Of a stretch of DNA of 64,000 bases, positions 26,442 to 36,561 are shown piece after piece. The stretch lies in IMG/VR virus record IMGVR_UViG_3300037116_000299, positions 62,001 to 126,000 of that record; one strand, 5' to 3'. The first letter of the stretch is position 1; every line of letters begins with the position of its first letter. Under the pieces are notes generated by a model. That model made no database searches. It had not been told where the DNA came from and saw only the letters and a program-made list of their open reading frames with translations. Both the position numbers and the translations under genes were made by a program.

Positions 26442-28783
26442 CTACTTGATCTCCAAGACTCGCGGAGACCATTTCCCTTTCAGTCTCTGCAACTCGTTGA
26501 TCACTTGAATCTGTTCGAAGATGTATCCCAGCCTCGCGTCGGTAAACGTCGAGCAAGGACGGTCAGTGTTGTGAACATAGTCGGCCAATTCCTTGATCGA
26601 CTCCACTGTGTGGGCACGCATGAGTTGAACAGCACGTTCCATCTAGGTTCGCCCCAGAAGCTCAGCAAGGCTGAGTACATGGATCATGCCCACTTGATAG
26701 ACCCGGCCGCAGCGTTCGCAGCTGCAATGCAGGCTGGCGTGGATCCGATTGGTTCCGTCCACGGCAACGAACTTGGTGCTGAAGTAGCCTTTGCCTTCCT
26801 GATGGCCGTAGCCGAACGCCGGACGATGGCCGACTACAGAACAGATCAACTTGTCGATCATGAGTGCGTGTACCCGTCTTTCTCGATACCGATGAACATC
26901 CCGTTTACCCAGGTCAGTCCGCAGTAGTCTCCGTATGATTGAACGCGGCCAAAGAATGCATGGCGATCAACAGACCCATCCGGATTGCGATCGAATAACT
27001 TGCCGATTGCCTCGACTTGCTCAGGCGTCATCCACTCCGGGATGACGATGTGCGGTTCAGATGCCATTAGTCCTCCAGGATGTAGCGTTCGACTGGGAAA
27101 GGTTTGCGCACCGGTCCCTGCCGGATTACAGGAGCCAGCGCCCGGCTCAGCGGCTTGCAGCGGTCCGTGGTGCGGACCTGCGTGTTATGCATATTCAGCA
27201 ACCACTTTCCGACCGCGCTGGACCACAGTATCAGCCAGTACCAGGCCAGCCCGATGCCCAGGATCCACGCGATCGCGTAGGCGTCATTACGAATCTCATT
27301 CATGCGGCCCTCCTCGGCGGCAATGGAAATACCTGATCTTCTTCCACCAGGCCGGATGGGATCTGGCGCTTCACGCACTCCGCGTGATAGGCCACAACCA
27401 TCTCTTTGAACTCGGGCGTGAACGGCCCTCCGTCTCGATACGTGTCAGCGATGCCGCCGCGACCGTTGAACAGCGCCTGCAACTGCTTCGTGGATCGATT
27501 GGACATCGAGCTGAGGACTGCCACGCTATTCTCCTTGAGTCCCGAGGGGCCCACCGCCCTTGACGTGTTCGCTGGCCATTGGAGGCCAGCTAGCCTTGCT
27601 TGCGGTGGGCGCGACGGAGACGGTTGCAAGATCATCAGCCCCAAAGGACCTCATAGCTCTTGCGGGCTATCTTGTGTGGGTTGCAACGTAGGTACTGCCC
27701 AGCATGAGCCCGATTACCAACAGCAGACCCCAGCGGCCGCGCAGCTCCCGGTTGCCGTTATCGTTGATGAAGAACACCTGTCGGTCATACCAGGCGTCCG
27801 GCCCGCGATAGCGGATCGGTGCAATCCAGTTCCAGAGCTTCATGTCTCCTACTTCCCGAAGATGAACCAGGCGATTACGAAACCGACCAGGCATCCACTT
27901 CCCCAGATGTTCCAGAACCTACTCATTCTTCCTCCCACTTCCACACGCTAGCCGGTGCTTCCGGCGGATTTGTAGCCTGATCCAGAGCGTCGGCGATCTG
28001 CGCCCAGCGCTCGTCTGACGCGGGCGGCGTGTTGGTTGCCCGGATCAGCAGCTCCTGCGCAACCTTGAGCGCAGCGATCAACTTAGGTGTTGCGGCAATC
28101 GCATGGCAGTCCGCCCACTTAGTGGGATAGTTCTCATCGGCGCCGATGTCGAAGTTCCGCGTGTGGTTCAGGTGCGGATGCCCTTCGTATGGTTTGGCCG
28201 CTACGAAGAACTTGCCGGCGCCGGGAACGCCGTCCGGGATGATCAGGACGTACCAGTCGCCCGGGGTAATGCCTTCGATCTTCTCTTTAGCCGGCATGGA
28301 CTGCTCCACAGGGGTTCGACTCGGCGGTGAGTGCTGTCTTCTCGGTGAACTCTGTCTGCCCGAGTTTGTAAAGACCCACCGTGTCTGTGCTGTAGCCGAC
28401 GATCTGGGTCAGCCAGTCGGTCAGGGCGCGCAACACCGGGCCATTGCCATGCTCGAGATACCAGTCGCGCATGGCCTTCAACACAACGGCGGGATTGGTC
28501 GGCGGATAGTCCTTGAACAGGACAGTCCAGATCACCTTGATGGTCTCGTCTTCGAGCTTCACTGCTTTTGCTTCTGCTACCTCTGACATCTCATCTCCCA
28601 GGGTCAGATCAACTGAACCAGTTGCACCAGAAACGCTGTGGCGCTGATAAACAATGTCGTGAACAACAGCAGGAACAGAAACAGCAGCTCCCGCGTCGGC
28701 GCTTTGTCGGCGACCCAGCACAATCCCGCCAGACAGAGGATCGCTATCACGAACGATCCGATGATTCCAAGTGCCTGCTTCAT
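26442..28783 (-). other. train of about nine short hypothetical genes (26442-26642, 26643-26861, 26858-27067, 27067-27303, 27300-27644, 27667-27843, 27923-28309, 28287-28589, 28604-28783)
   Basis: Abutting or overlapping start-stop junctions, many with SD sequences. Confidence 0.5.
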
Positions 28784-29002
28784 CTCGATCTCCTGATGCG
28801 GTACAGGACAGCGGGCAGCCTAACGGCCACCCGAAGTCCCTCCGCAGACGGTTCCCTTCTCTGGGTCCCCGACAACCCGTCATGCGCCCATTTCGCCGAT
28901 TAGCTGCGTGCCCGCAGGTCCGTACAGGCCCTTGTGCGAGGTCCACGGCTGGTGAGGGTACATTCCCACCTCTGCTTCACTGGCTGCTTGCGCTGCCGAG
29001 CT

Positions 29003-29224
29003 TTACGCCGCTGCGGCTTCCGCTGCATCGGTGGTCGCGGCCGGAGCTGCGGTGTTCTTGGAGCCGCGGGTCGACTTCGCCTTGGTCGTCGTCGTGATCG
29101 TGGTGGTCGCGGTCTTCGCGTTCACCAGGGCCGTGACGAAGTTCTTGGTCGTGGTCGCCTGCTCGTTGGTTTGGGCGTTGATTGCCGTCACCAGGAAGGA
29201 TTCGAAACTGATCTTCTTTGCCAT
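29003..29224 (-). CDS. small Thr/Ala/Lys-rich protein
   Basis: MAKKISFESF...AAEAAAA; strong codon bias. Confidence 0.55.
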   Translation of the reverse strand: MAKKISFESFLVTAINAQTNEQATTTKNFVTALVNAKTATTTITTTTKAKSTRGSKNTAAPAATTDAAEAAAA

Positions 29225-29749
29225 TGTGTTTGTCCCTTTCAAGGAGAACTGCTGCGCGTTTTGTTAGCCGGGTTCGCGCCCACCGGTCAAATTGGGGACG
29301 CCATGGCTTCTTGCAAAGTCATAGCGCACCTCCACCACCAGCAGTAAAGGCTACTGGTCCTGTTCCCCGATTGTTACGGATCGGGGACCGTGCAGACATC
29401 GGGTAAAACCCTTAGCTGCTTGCATACATCTGAGGTCCTGCTGCTCAAGATCCATACTGGCCCCTGAGCAGCAACTACCAAAGCTATGCGGCCTTCTTTG
29501 CTGCGTGAACGCATTCTTGTGCGATCACCTTCAGCAAATTCGATGTTGCCGTCTGACCCAGGACTTCGCCCTGGAGTTCTCGGATCTTCGACCCGAGACT
29601 GGTTACCATCTGGTTGTGACACTTCAGACACACGGCTCGCTTCATCCGCTGAGTTGTGCATGCGGTACAAGTAAGCGCTGACATTTGCAGTTTCGATTTC
29701 CTGCTTCTGGGAGAATCCATTGGTTGACCCTCGGTGCTTCACAGCATCG

Positions 29750-30847
29750 TTACGGGGAGGACTTGAAGAATTGGGAGAGAGGAGTCCACGTTCGAGAGAC
29801 AGTGGCTCTGCAGAACTCCAGGATGCGAACAATACTCCACCTCTGTCTGAGGACGTCGGAGTAGAAATAACCCAACCAGCCAAGGAGCCAGACTTCCAGA
29901 TCCAATTGCAGCTCTGGTGTAAGTTCTGGTAACTCCGAGATGCCACGCATTCCTTCGAGTGTGGCCAGACTGGTTTCAATCTGGGTTAGTACCTGCTGAT
30001 AGGGGATCTCCCCGAGTCTCACTTGGCGCAGGTAAGTGCGCAGCGGGTCAGGAAGCGGAAACGTCAGTTTCCCGGTCGCGAGTAGGGTGATTCCCTCGTT
30101 CACGATACGGAGAGCATGAGACGTGGCCTTCCAGTCCACGTTGCTCTCTGACGCCTGCTTAGCGCGGCTGCCAAACTTGGCGAGCAGAGCCTCTGCAGTT
30201 TGCAGGTTGTAGCGGAAGCTCGACGTATAGGGCAGGATCTTGTCGAGCAGTTTGATGCAGGGGCGCATGGCGCCCTTACCGGAGGCATCGTACTCCGTAA
30301 CGTGGAAGTATTCCGGAAACTCCTTCTCAATCAACCGCGCCTTCTCTTCAAGGAACGGCTGGACCATGAACAAACGCTCATCGGCCCGGAAGCCTTTGAG
30401 CAGTTCGATGGTGGCGAGCACAGCATTCAGCCGCTCGCCCTTCAAGGAGTACAAACCAGCCTGATCCGCACAGTACCGGGCAATCGCCCGGATCTGTGAG
30501 GTCAGAAAGCGCTCGCGCAGTTCATGACAGAACTGGCGGAACCGTGGATCGTAGATCGTCTGCTCGGCCCCATTGAAGTCGACAGCGAACACCAACTCCA
30601 GGGCATAGCTCTGACCGCCCATGAAGTCCCGCGCCAGGATGTGGAGCGGGATGTTCTCGACATCAATGTGCTCGGCCGAGTTCTTTCCGGTGCCGGTCTT
30701 GGTGGACCGGTACTTGTTCTTGGGCGCACGGCCCAGCAGGAGATCCGAGAACTTCGGCAGGATCACGTGCTTGATGTCACGGTCAGAGGTAGGAATGGTC
30801 GTGCCGTACAGGCTCGACCCGTACAGGCAACTAAAGAGGGTTCGCAA
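29750..30847 (-). CDS. DNA polymerase beta-superfamily nucleotidyltransferase
   Basis: YGSSLYGT...SDRDIK and DWKATSHALR motifs. Confidence 0.82.
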   Translation of the reverse strand: MRTLFSCLYGSSLYGTTIPTSDRDIKHVILPKFSDLLLGRAPKNKYRSTKTGTGKNSAEHIDVENIPLHILARDFMGGQSYALELVFAVDFNGAEQTIYDPRFRQFCHELRERFLTSQIRAIARYCADQAGLYSLKGERLNAVLATIELLKGFRADERLFMVQPFLEEKARLIEKEFPEYFHVTEYDASGKGAMRPCIKLLDKILPYTSSFRYNLQTAEALLAKFGSRAKQASESNVDWKATSHALRIVNEGITLLATGKLTFPLPDPLRTYLRQVRLGEIPYQQVLTQIETSLATLEGMRGISELPELTPELQLDLEVWLLGWLGYFYSDVLRQRWSIVRILEFCRATVSRTWTPLSQFFKSSP

Positions 30848-31190
30848 CGACAACCTCCTGGGAAAGATGGGAGTCAATCCCCTTCTGGATATTGGCGACG
30901 GGCTGCATCCCGGTCAGAGTAGCCAGCTTGTTCTCGCCGTCGAACAGGATCAGGGTAGGAACCCCGCGGACGTTGTAGGAAGCTGCCCGGTGATTGGTCA
31001 GGTCGACGTCGTAATAAAGCACGTTGACCACGCCGGCGTTCTGCTTGGCGATGACCTCGACATTCACTCGGATCTGCTCGCACGGGCCACACCACGCCGC
31101 TCCGAAAAGCACCAGGGTAAGGCCATCCGCTTTGCCTACGGCGTCCGACCAGGTGGTGTCGGTCACGCTTCCAATCAGGCTCTTCGCCAT
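30831..31190 (-). CDS. trxA: thioredoxin
   Basis: WCGPC active site, VRGVPTL. Confidence 0.92.
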   Translation of the reverse strand: MAKSLIGSVTDTTWSDAVGKADGLTLVLFGAAWCGPCEQIRVNVEVIAKQNAGVVNVLYYDVDLTNHRAASYNVRGVPTLILFDGENKLATLTGMQPVANIQKGIDSHLSQEVVVANPL

Positions 31191-31198
31191 GGTTCTCC

Positions 31199-31546
31199 TT
31201 AGTACCCGAGCACCGTCAGTTCCTTCAGGAACCGGTTGATGCAAGTCTGTTTCAGATCGCGTTCCACGCTCTGGTTGGTGGTGCAATAGACGGCCGCCAG
31301 CAGATCGACGAACGCCTTCCGTAGCGACTTGGTCCTGGGATCCGGCTCATTGCTGAGCAGGCCGGAGACAATGCCACCTTGTTCCGGCGTCAGTTCGTCG
31401 CCGAAAAGACGACGGACTTCGCGGCACACTGGAATCAGACCTGGATCGCTGCTCCCGAAATGCTGGATGCGTAACTGCTCTGCCAGGGCCAGCAGACGGA
31501 TAGATTTCACCCGCCGCCTATAACTCGTCTTCGCCACGCTTCTCAT
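31199..31546 (-). CDS. hypothetical protein
   Basis: ORF in gene train. Confidence 0.5.
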   Translation of the reverse strand: MRSVAKTSYRRRVKSIRLLALAEQLRIQHFGSSDPGLIPVCREVRRLFGDELTPEQGGIVSGLLSNEPDPRTKSLRKAFVDLLAAVYCTTNQSVERDLKQTCINRFLKELTVLGY

Positions 31547-32050
31547 TTACCCTCCGACACGGTGTTGCACGATGATCTCGTTGTTGCCGAATGCTGTATG
31601 CCAGCCGCGTTTATCGCCAGAACAACAGGGTAAACAGAACGTCCGTTCGCCATCTTCGTTCGGCTCAGCCTCCACCAGAGAGGGATACTTGCGCCGAACG
31701 GCTGCGAGCTTTTCCTCATCCGTCATAGACGGACTTCCGATCGGGATGAACTGACCGAACAAAGTTGCCATCGTCCAGTGCATGTTGTCCTGAAACCCGA
31801 AACCGAAGCTGTAACTACTCTTCCGCCTACGAATCTCGAAGTGCCCATTGTGGGCCAGATTGGCCACACCCTCTGGGTCTGCACCGGTACCAGGCTTGTA
31901 AGCGCGGTACATGGACCCGGCGACGAACGTCGGATCCATCTTGCGAACAAACTGGGAGAAGGACGAGCTGTAACTATCGCCTAGAGACTGCACCGCCATT
32001 GCCCCACTTGGCTTGAAGTAAGCCCGTACTTCTCCCGATTTGCGTCGCAC
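31547..32050 (-). CDS. hypothetical protein
   Basis: ORF in gene train. Confidence 0.5.
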   Translation of the reverse strand: MRRKSGEVRAYFKPSGAMAVQSLGDSYSSSFSQFVRKMDPTFVAGSMYRAYKPGTGADPEGVANLAHNGHFEIRRRKSSYSFGFGFQDNMHWTMATLFGQFIPIGSPSMTDEEKLAAVRRKYPSLVEAEPNEDGERTFCLPCCSGDKRGWHTAFGNNEIIVQHRVGG

Positions 32051-32052
32051 GT

Positions 32053-32991
32053 TTAGACCTTTCCTGAAGCGAGCTTCTTCTGCCTACCAGCAGACAAACC
32101 CTTCTTGCCGGCCAGCTTGAGTGCTTCCATTGCTGCGTCGAACTGCGCCTTGACGTCACCGGAGATCCTGACTTCGTCCTTCTCGAACGTCTTCAGCATT
32201 TCCATGGCAGCTTCGCTGTCGCCGAACTGTACCTGCTCCGCCACACGGCGGTTCAGAGCCGAGAAGCCAGCCGAGCGCTCCACATATTCCTTGACCACCT
32301 TGATGACCGCGTCCGACAGGCCAGGAAGGCCGTCGTAGAGGAACTTGTCGATCTTGGTGTCCAGGCTGCGACCTTCGTCTCCGATGTCGTCCAGCTTGCT
32401 CAGCAGGGCAAGCTTCTGCTTCTCGCGGAGTTTGACGTTCTCGCGGAACGTCGCCAGGGTCATCGTCTGATCCAGGTCGTCCATGTCCAGCGGGCCGGTC
32501 AGGCCTTCGGACTCCTCGAAGAGTTCCTTGCCGCGCTTGAGCAGCTTGGAACGCTTCTCGATCATCAGAGCCACTTCCGGGCTGATGATGCGAACCGCCT
32601 CATTCAGACCAGGCAACTGGTTGATGATGTCGGACGCACGCAGGGCAGCGATCGCCTCCAGCTCCGTGGTCGGCCGGCCGCCCACGAACTTGCGGTAGTT
32701 CTGATAGCTCGGGGTCCCGTACGCGCCTTGGGGCTCGAACAGATCCTCTGGTGTGGAGCACCACGAATCCTTGAGCGGCTTGATGTGCTTGTCGGAGATG
32801 AAATGCCTGTCCTTGGCCTTGTTCACGATCTGCCTGGCGGTCGCGAGGAGAATGAAACGCGCGACACGGATGCGGTCGTTGAAGGTCTTGACGAACGTGG
32901 CCTTCTTGTCCTCGCTCCAGGTCGACAGCTGGTCATTGCTCAGCTGCGCGGTGAGCGCGGTTATATCGTTGGCTTGAGTATCCTGTGACAT
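32053..32991 (-). CDS. hypothetical coiled-coil protein
   Basis: 312-aa ORF from MSQDTQ with strong codon bias. Confidence 0.7.
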   Translation of the reverse strand: MSQDTQANDITALTAQLSNDQLSTWSEDKKATFVKTFNDRIRVARFILLATARQIVNKAKDRHFISDKHIKPLKDSWCSTPEDLFEPQGAYGTPSYQNYRKFVGGRPTTELEAIAALRASDIINQLPGLNEAVRIISPEVALMIEKRSKLLKRGKELFEESEGLTGPLDMDDLDQTMTLATFRENVKLREKQKLALLSKLDDIGDEGRSLDTKIDKFLYDGLPGLSDAVIKVVKEYVERSAGFSALNRRVAEQVQFGDSEAAMEMLKTFEKDEVRISGDVKAQFDAAMEALKLAGKKGLSAGRQKKLASGKV

Positions 32992-33004
32992 GTATTCCTT
33001 TCGG

Positions 33005-34213
33005 TTATGCTGCGATGAGGTGAGTGGGCTTGTCCTCGCCCTGGCCATCGATGTAGAAGACGTCCCGGCCGTGAGGCCGAACGATCTTCCAGAGAGCCTC
33101 ATGGGCCTCCCAGATCCGGTTGTCCATCATCATCATGGCGATCGGGCCCAGGACCATGTCCCGTTCGATCACCAGGCGATAGAACTCCCGGTCATCCTTG
33201 ACCTCGGCGCGCAATGGTGTAATCCAGGCCAGAACATCCAGCGCCTTACAGATCTGGAAGTGAAAAGCCTGATAGAGTCTCCTCTGCCATTCCTCGATCC
33301 AGGTCTTGAAGTGAGGCGGCAACTGCGACTGCAGGTGCGTCGGCCTCAACCATGGCTTGAGCGGATCGCCCATCTGTTCCCAGATCATCTGGGGCGTCAC
33401 ATTGGTGACCAGGCGATGCAGCCGGAGATACTCCTCGAGCTTGATCTTCACCTTGAGCGGGGGTTGTCCGCCGCGGCGGACTGAGACCACATAACCCTCA
33501 CGGGTCAGGTCCTTATCCTGCCTGCAGGCCATCAGAGTCTTACCCGAGAAGGCAGGCACTACGCGGCACCATGGTTTCCCCTTGGCGCCTGCGTTCAGCT
33601 CCTTCCAGAGGCCTTCCAGTTGCCAGTGGCGCAACTCGTCACCGGTGTCGTTCATGACGGTCGTCAAAAGCACCAGGGCCTCGTAGTCGTAAGGAATCAC
33701 GATGCGGAGATGCTTGGCGACGATCTCAACGATCAAGGTCAATCCCTTGGGGATGCACTCGACCATGCCATACTTGACGAACTTCTGGAACTTGGCAGTC
33801 GCCCAGATCGCGCCGTCCGAGGTGAACGACCCGCGGGTGGCCACACCCCAGTGCTCCTTGTAGTTCCAGACGATGCCCATCTGGCCATCGATTTTGTCGG
33901 TGAACTCCAGCTCGTTGCCGTAGGCCCGGGCAATGCCCAGGACGAACTCCTCTGAGAATTCCAATAGTCCTTGGCCAACGATGTCGACCGTCTGGCCCAG
34001 GTTGAAGAACTTCGGTTGCGGACGCGCGATGACCTCATCGGTATCATCGATGATCAGACCGCGGCAGAAGCAGATCTCCGTGCTCCAACGCTCATCGATC
34101 GTAGCCTTATGGGTATAGTTGAAGATCCGTAACGGCAGAGTCGGGTGGTGTTGAATACCGATGTAACCATTGGCGATCTCCTGCTTGAGTGCGTCCGTCC
34201 AAATCATCTTCAT
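33005..34213 (-). CDS. T4 Rnl1-like RNA ligase
   Basis: CRGLIID, ARPQPKFFN, motif I KIDG, ATRGSFTS, EGYVV, KVKIK..EY.RLH. Confidence 0.9.
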   Translation of the reverse strand: MKMIWTDALKQEIANGYIGIQHHPTLPLRIFNYTHKATIDERWSTEICFCRGLIIDDTDEVIARPQPKFFNLGQTVDIVGQGLLEFSEEFVLGIARAYGNELEFTDKIDGQMGIVWNYKEHWGVATRGSFTSDGAIWATAKFQKFVKYGMVECIPKGLTLIVEIVAKHLRIVIPYDYEALVLLTTVMNDTGDELRHWQLEGLWKELNAGAKGKPWCRVVPAFSGKTLMACRQDKDLTREGYVVSVRRGGQPPLKVKIKLEEYLRLHRLVTNVTPQMIWEQMGDPLKPWLRPTHLQSQLPPHFKTWIEEWQRRLYQAFHFQICKALDVLAWITPLRAEVKDDREFYRLVIERDMVLGPIAMMMMDNRIWEAHEALWKIVRPHGRDVFYIDGQGEDKPTHLIAA

Positions 34214-34977
34214 ATTCGTGTCTGCCCCTTTGCGTGGCGAATGACCTTGTTCCCGTACGGGCTCATCTTCTGTTCCTGAGCTGTCAGGTCGTACTTGTGA
34301 TCCTTCCAGGCCTCGCATGCATGAACAGTTTCAGCATGAACATGGCCATCCGGGATGTCGCCAAACCAACGCCTCACGTGGCACCCACAGGCCAGTCGGG
34401 CCTCAATGCACATCGTCACGACTCGGCGAGTGGCCTTGATCTTGAGCTTGGGACGACGCGGACACTTGTTCAAATGCTTGAACAGAGGTGTCCTGTCTAA
34501 GACCGCACCGCAGTGCGGGCAGTGCTCTCGGCAGCCCTTCATCAGGCGGCCGCGGGTGTGGTGTTGATGGTGTCCAGCATGCCGCCGAACCGCTCCATCA
34601 GCGTCTGGGGACGCGTGCCGCGGGATGCAGCTGCTACCAGTCGGAGTTCGATTGCACCCTGGTCAAAGGTCACGATCTCGTCAGCAGACGAGGGTTGGGG
34701 TGCCATGTTGTGTTCGAGATACTCTTCACGAGCCTCCGCAGAGGCGAATCCAGCGAAACTACGGTTGTCCATGTTGCTCCTTCGGTCGTCGGTGCCAGAG
34801 CCTCAATATCCATGCAGGAATGAAGGCTCCTTTCTTGTGTGCAGATACGCGAAGCGGTATGTGCAGGTCATCGGCGATCGCTCGGATCGCCGCGTAAGCG
34901 GGATGCTCCCGGAATTCCTTGATCGCCGATTCTTCGCTATCGGCGATGCCCTCGATGAGGATCATGCGGATCTCCAT
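34210..34977 (-). other. three short hypothetical genes (34210-34542 Zn-finger-like, 34542-34772, 34759-34977)
   Basis: Coupled ORFs between RNA ligase and CCA enzyme. Confidence 0.5.
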
Positions 34978-36266
34978 TAGGAGACCGCCATTGGCGAGTT
35001 CCGAAGCTGTGTCGTTACAAACGCCACGGCTTCCTCACGCGTTTTGATCTTCTCTTCGAGCTGTTCGTCCTCGAGATTGTGCAGAACGAAGCCGAACGCA
35101 GGACTGGGCTTATAACCCAGGGCAATCAAGTCATCGCCGTTGAGCAGTACCTTGGGATAAGTCCCAGGCAAACCCGCCGCGCTCATGAACTGATCCACAC
35201 GATGAAATGCCCGTTGGCCCCCGGTGTAAGCCGGCCGCGCGAAGTAATCGTGCAGCGCCACCTGACGAATCAGGTCATAGTCCGCATCGCGGCGATAGCG
35301 CCGCTGTGCTGCCAGGTTCCAGTCCGGGATGCAGCTCCAAACCTGTGCCTTGGTGATGATGTTAGTGATCTGGGCAGCATCCGCCGTCGAGAACTTCAGA
35401 CCCAGCAGCGCGTTCTTCCGTGCCGTGGTGCCGAGATCCAGGAACAGCAGAGACAATGCGATCAGGACGTGATCCTTGACGGCCTGACCGTAGGCGCTGG
35501 ACCAGGAGATTGCAGGCATCTGGTTGAGGCGACGCAGAACCCTTCCGAAGTCGGTATCTAGCTCCGGCAGCAGGTAGTCCAGCAGGTTCGAGAGCAGAAG
35601 CAGTTCCAGGGCGCGTACGGCCCGGGGCTGGCTCAGCATCGCGATCAGCTCCTCGCGCTTCCGTTCTCCGCTGATCTCAGCGAGTAAGGGAGCATTGACG
35701 CGCATCGCGCCCCAGGTGGGCTCGTCAATCTGGAAGTCCAGCCGGGCGGCAAATCGGATTGCCCGGAGTAAACGCAGGGCGTCTTCTTCAAAGCGCCGGT
35801 TGGGATCCCCGATGCAGCGGATCTTCTTGTGCGCGATGTCCATGACTCCGCCGGTGAGATCCACCAGCTCACCGGTCTCGATGTCCAGGGCCAGGGCATT
35901 GATGGTGAAGTCCCGCCGCTGAACGTCCTCGGCCAGGGTCTTGCTGTAGACCACAGCGTCAGGGTGACGGTGGTCAGAATAGGCGTCCTCGGCGCGGAAG
36001 GTGGCGACCTCGAAACTCTCCTCATTGATCGTGACGAGAACGACGCCAAACTTAGCGCCTACGGGCTTGGAGCAATCTGGGAAGATTGCCATGACCTCGT
36101 CAGGCACTGCGTTGGTGACGATGTCATAGTCTTTGGGGAGATTGGCCAGGATACGATCTCGAACGCAACCGCCGATCAGGTAGGCTTCTTTGCCGGCCTT
36201 GCGTAGGTGGTAGATCAGCTTCTCGACCGCGACCATACGGACGGTCGGTTGCATTCTGAGGATCAT
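34977..36266 (-). CDS. cca: CCA-adding tRNA nucleotidyltransferase (class II)
   Basis: GGCVRD, KDYDI, EVATFR, RRDFTINA, EDALRLLRAIRF. Confidence 0.92.
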   Translation of the reverse strand: MILRMQPTVRMVAVEKLIYHLRKAGKEAYLIGGCVRDRILANLPKDYDIVTNAVPDEVMAIFPDCSKPVGAKFGVVLVTINEESFEVATFRAEDAYSDHRHPDAVVYSKTLAEDVQRRDFTINALALDIETGELVDLTGGVMDIAHKKIRCIGDPNRRFEEDALRLLRAIRFAARLDFQIDEPTWGAMRVNAPLLAEISGERKREELIAMLSQPRAVRALELLLLSNLLDYLLPELDTDFGRVLRRLNQMPAISWSSAYGQAVKDHVLIALSLLFLDLGTTARKNALLGLKFSTADAAQITNIITKAQVWSCIPDWNLAAQRRYRRDADYDLIRQVALHDYFARPAYTGGQRAFHRVDQFMSAAGLPGTYPKVLLNGDDLIALGYKPSPAFGFVLHNLEDEQLEEKIKTREEAVAFVTTQLRNSPMAVS

Positions 36267-36561
36267 GATTGTTTCACTTTCGGACGAGACATCATCGTTC
36301 GCCGGCAGGGACCGATGAACCAGGACCGGTCGAGTTTGTAGATCAACATGCCGTTTTCACGACAGCATAACTTACGCTCCACAATGGCTCCGTACCCGAG
36401 GCTTCGCGCGAGCCGCTTGGCTCGCTGAATCGTTCGGACTGTACGGAGAGGCGCGTTAGCGCCAGGTGAGAAGACGTCATAACGAAGGGAGCGTTTTGAT
36501 TCTCTGGACAATTCAACTTCCCTAACTGGCGCCGGGGATTAGCCGACGCCTTGGATTTGAC

